From Nitrospirota bacterium (GTDB taxonomy: Bacteria > Nitrospirota > UBA9217), in contig CAWCKW010000012.1 in NCBI GenBank assembly GCA_963796285.1, positions 1,696,001 to 1,760,000 of the forward strand: DNA of 64,000 nucleotides, in the 5' to 3' direction. Of this stretch, positions 63,718 to 64,000 are shown in pieces. Every line of letters starts with the position of its first letter. Position 1 is the stretch's first letter. A program made the translations under genes and the position numbers. Under the pieces are notes generated by a model. It had not been told where the DNA came from, did no database searches, and saw only the letters and a program-made list of their open reading frames with translations.

Positions 63718-63745
63718 AGCCCGGCATGGAATGTCGGGCTTTTTT
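63718..63745 (+). terminator. Intrinsic terminator after the peptide gene
   Basis: AGCCCGGCAT-GGA-ATGTCGGGCT stem-loop followed by TTTTT. Confidence 0.85.
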
Positions 63746-63815
63746 ATTCCACTTCGAATGACAGATGCACTGTTTACCTGTTTCTATCAGCTGTCAGGTA
63801 TGCTCGTAGAGGATT

Positions 63816-64000
63816 ATGACGCCTATTGAGATGCGGAGATCGGACGAAACGAGACGCAGGCCTGTGCTCCTCATCGGCGGCAAGGGCGGAGTGGGCAAAA
63901 CGACCTGTTCTGCTGCGATCGCCGTGCAGCTCGCGTCCCGAGGTCTTAGAACGCTGATCATCACCTCCGACCTGACCCCCTCGCTGTCCGATGTCTTTGA
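63816..64000 (+). CDS. ArsA/GET3 family ATPase, 5' part (runs off the window)
   Basis: VLLIGGKGGVGKTTCSAAIA...LIITSD.TPSLSDVF. Confidence 0.8.
   Translation, partial: MTPIEMRRSDETRRRPVLLIGGKGGVGKTTCSAAIAVQLASRGLRTLIITSDLTPSLSDVF

Noticed and set aside
63816-64000. ArsA-like ATPase as part of the peptide system
   Set aside because: Separated by a strong terminator and truncated by the window edge; no evidence of linkage

Overview
GC-rich bacterial chromosome segment from a probable anaerobe (Nitrospirota/Desulfobacterota-like gene content; taxon is inference only). Many single-base frameshifts hit essential genes and look like long-read indel errors. Contents in order: (1) a minus-strand Mo-nitrogenase cluster nifH-D-K-TSUP transporter-nifEN-nifX-nifI1-nifI2-ferredoxin-GNAT-nifB with two sigma-54 promoters; (2) an outer-membrane beta-barrel gene; (3) a complete type II secretion operon gspC-N; (4) a hidden ~643-aa multiheme cytochrome c with an in-frame UGA and SECIS-like hairpin; (5) an AT-richer integron-type cassette array with five attC sites and no integrase in view; (6) housekeeping and signalling genes (radA, DHFR, HD-GYP, AlkD-like, smpB, priA, nrdR, glyA, rpiB, rsmE, pcnB, TPM/LemA, thioredoxin reductase, ECF sigma/anti-sigma, corA, 2-oxoacid:ferredoxin oxidoreductase); (7) an unannotated 72-aa glutaredoxin-like protein with two UGA/SECIS pairs; (8) at the right end a radical SAM/SPASM gene followed by an unannotated 20-aa Cys-rich peptide gene with its own promoter, RBS and terminator, plus a divergent Cys-rich protein. 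That last locus is the best candidate for an undescribed RiPP system.
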